A DNA stretch of 63,236 nt, the filler included, from Circinaria calcarea (Eukaryota): assembly GCA_051942165.1 (NCBI GenBank). It is 4 parts of 4 records of this genome, joined end to end, with 100 filler letters (N's around TTAATTAATTAA, not from the genome) between each part and the next. Parts side by side here need not be neighbours in the genome. Positions count along the whole stretch, not along the records: positions 47,571 to 63,236 come from JAVECS010000355.1; 3 more parts are not named here. One strand, 5' to 3'. The notes beneath the pieces are model-generated. The model was not told the DNA's origin and made no database searches. It saw only the letters and a program-made list of their open reading frames with translations. The position numbers and the translations under genes were made by a program. The first letter of the stretch is position 1. The number at the start of each line of letters is the position of its first letter. Below, in pieces: positions 62,573-63,236 of the stretch.

Positions 62573-63236
62573 ACCATGCTCGAAACCTGGGAGTATATCC
62601 GAGGGGATAGCACGTATTTTAGATGGAACCCGAAAAGCTCGCCTGGAAACCCTTTCTCCTATCTTCATCCTCGGGCGCCCCGCGCCCCACTATCAGTGTA
62701 GACAATTCTGCCCCGTCTTCCTTCGATCCCCTGACTTTTCCCCAGGATTCCATGCCGAAAACGCAAACGGCCTCACTTCAAACCCCTATATCGAGGCTCT
62801 ATTTACCACAGATCTACCACCCAACCCATCCATCGCTTACGGTCGGTAATCTTTAGGTGTCAGCCTGTGCCTGTAGACCCTAGCCCTAAGTCAAAGCCCT
62901 TACCCTAAAGCTTAAGTCGGACATTTTTTTCATACCAAATTTCCGGCGGGGAGGAGTTTGTAGAATATTATATTAGGGATATTAACAAAGAAAATAAATA
63001 TAGAGTTACGTAATTACGGTAATCAGCACGTCCCGTGTCTCTCTGTCCTTTTTGATATAATTTATACTGTTACGAAATTGGGGGTAAAACATGGGCCAAA
63101 GAGACAAGGACTGCGGATCAACTAGTATAAGAAAACGGGAGCATGACAGGGAGGACACTCTGCTATAGGGGAAAAAAATCGGGGGATGTCCGGCATTAGC
63201 GTCTCGTCCCCCGCTTGCTACTTAGTAACCTGATAG

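Noticed and set aside
62876..62910. Telomere-like CCCTAG/CCCTAA/CCCTTA units near the window end
   Set aside because: Only four degenerate, interrupted units, followed by over 300 nt of other sequence.
1..63236. tRNA, rRNA or CRISPR-like arrays
   Set aside because: None seen by eye; tRNAscan and Infernal were not run, so small RNA genes could be missed.

Overview
This is intron-containing genomic DNA from a filamentous ascomycete (Pezizomycotina). It is not one locus: identical 100-nt spacers (N44-TTAATTAATTAA-N44) join four pieces of 15781, 15775, 15714 and 15666 nt in descending size, so gene adjacency is meaningful only within a piece. Piece 1 (1-15781) carries a compact candidate terpenoid cluster (P450, UbiA-type membrane terpene cyclase, SDR, P450), then a DENN-domain gene. 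Piece 2 (15882-31656) has LYR, RWD, adenosine-deaminase-like and SPRY genes, a decayed BTB pseudogene region, and a 1.36-kb nest of non-autonomous transposons with RIP-like mutations. Piece 3 (31757-47470) holds a second candidate cluster: P450, PTH11-like membrane protein, MFS efflux pump, CYP7-like P450 and a divergent sterol C24-methyltransferase with Phe at the position of yeast Erg6 Tyr81. Piece 4 (47571-63236) has RMD1-family, U3-associated, Sel1-repeat and velvet (VelC-like) genes and a long gene-poor stretch. All exon boundaries were read by eye and all family calls rest on motif recognition; no database searches were run.
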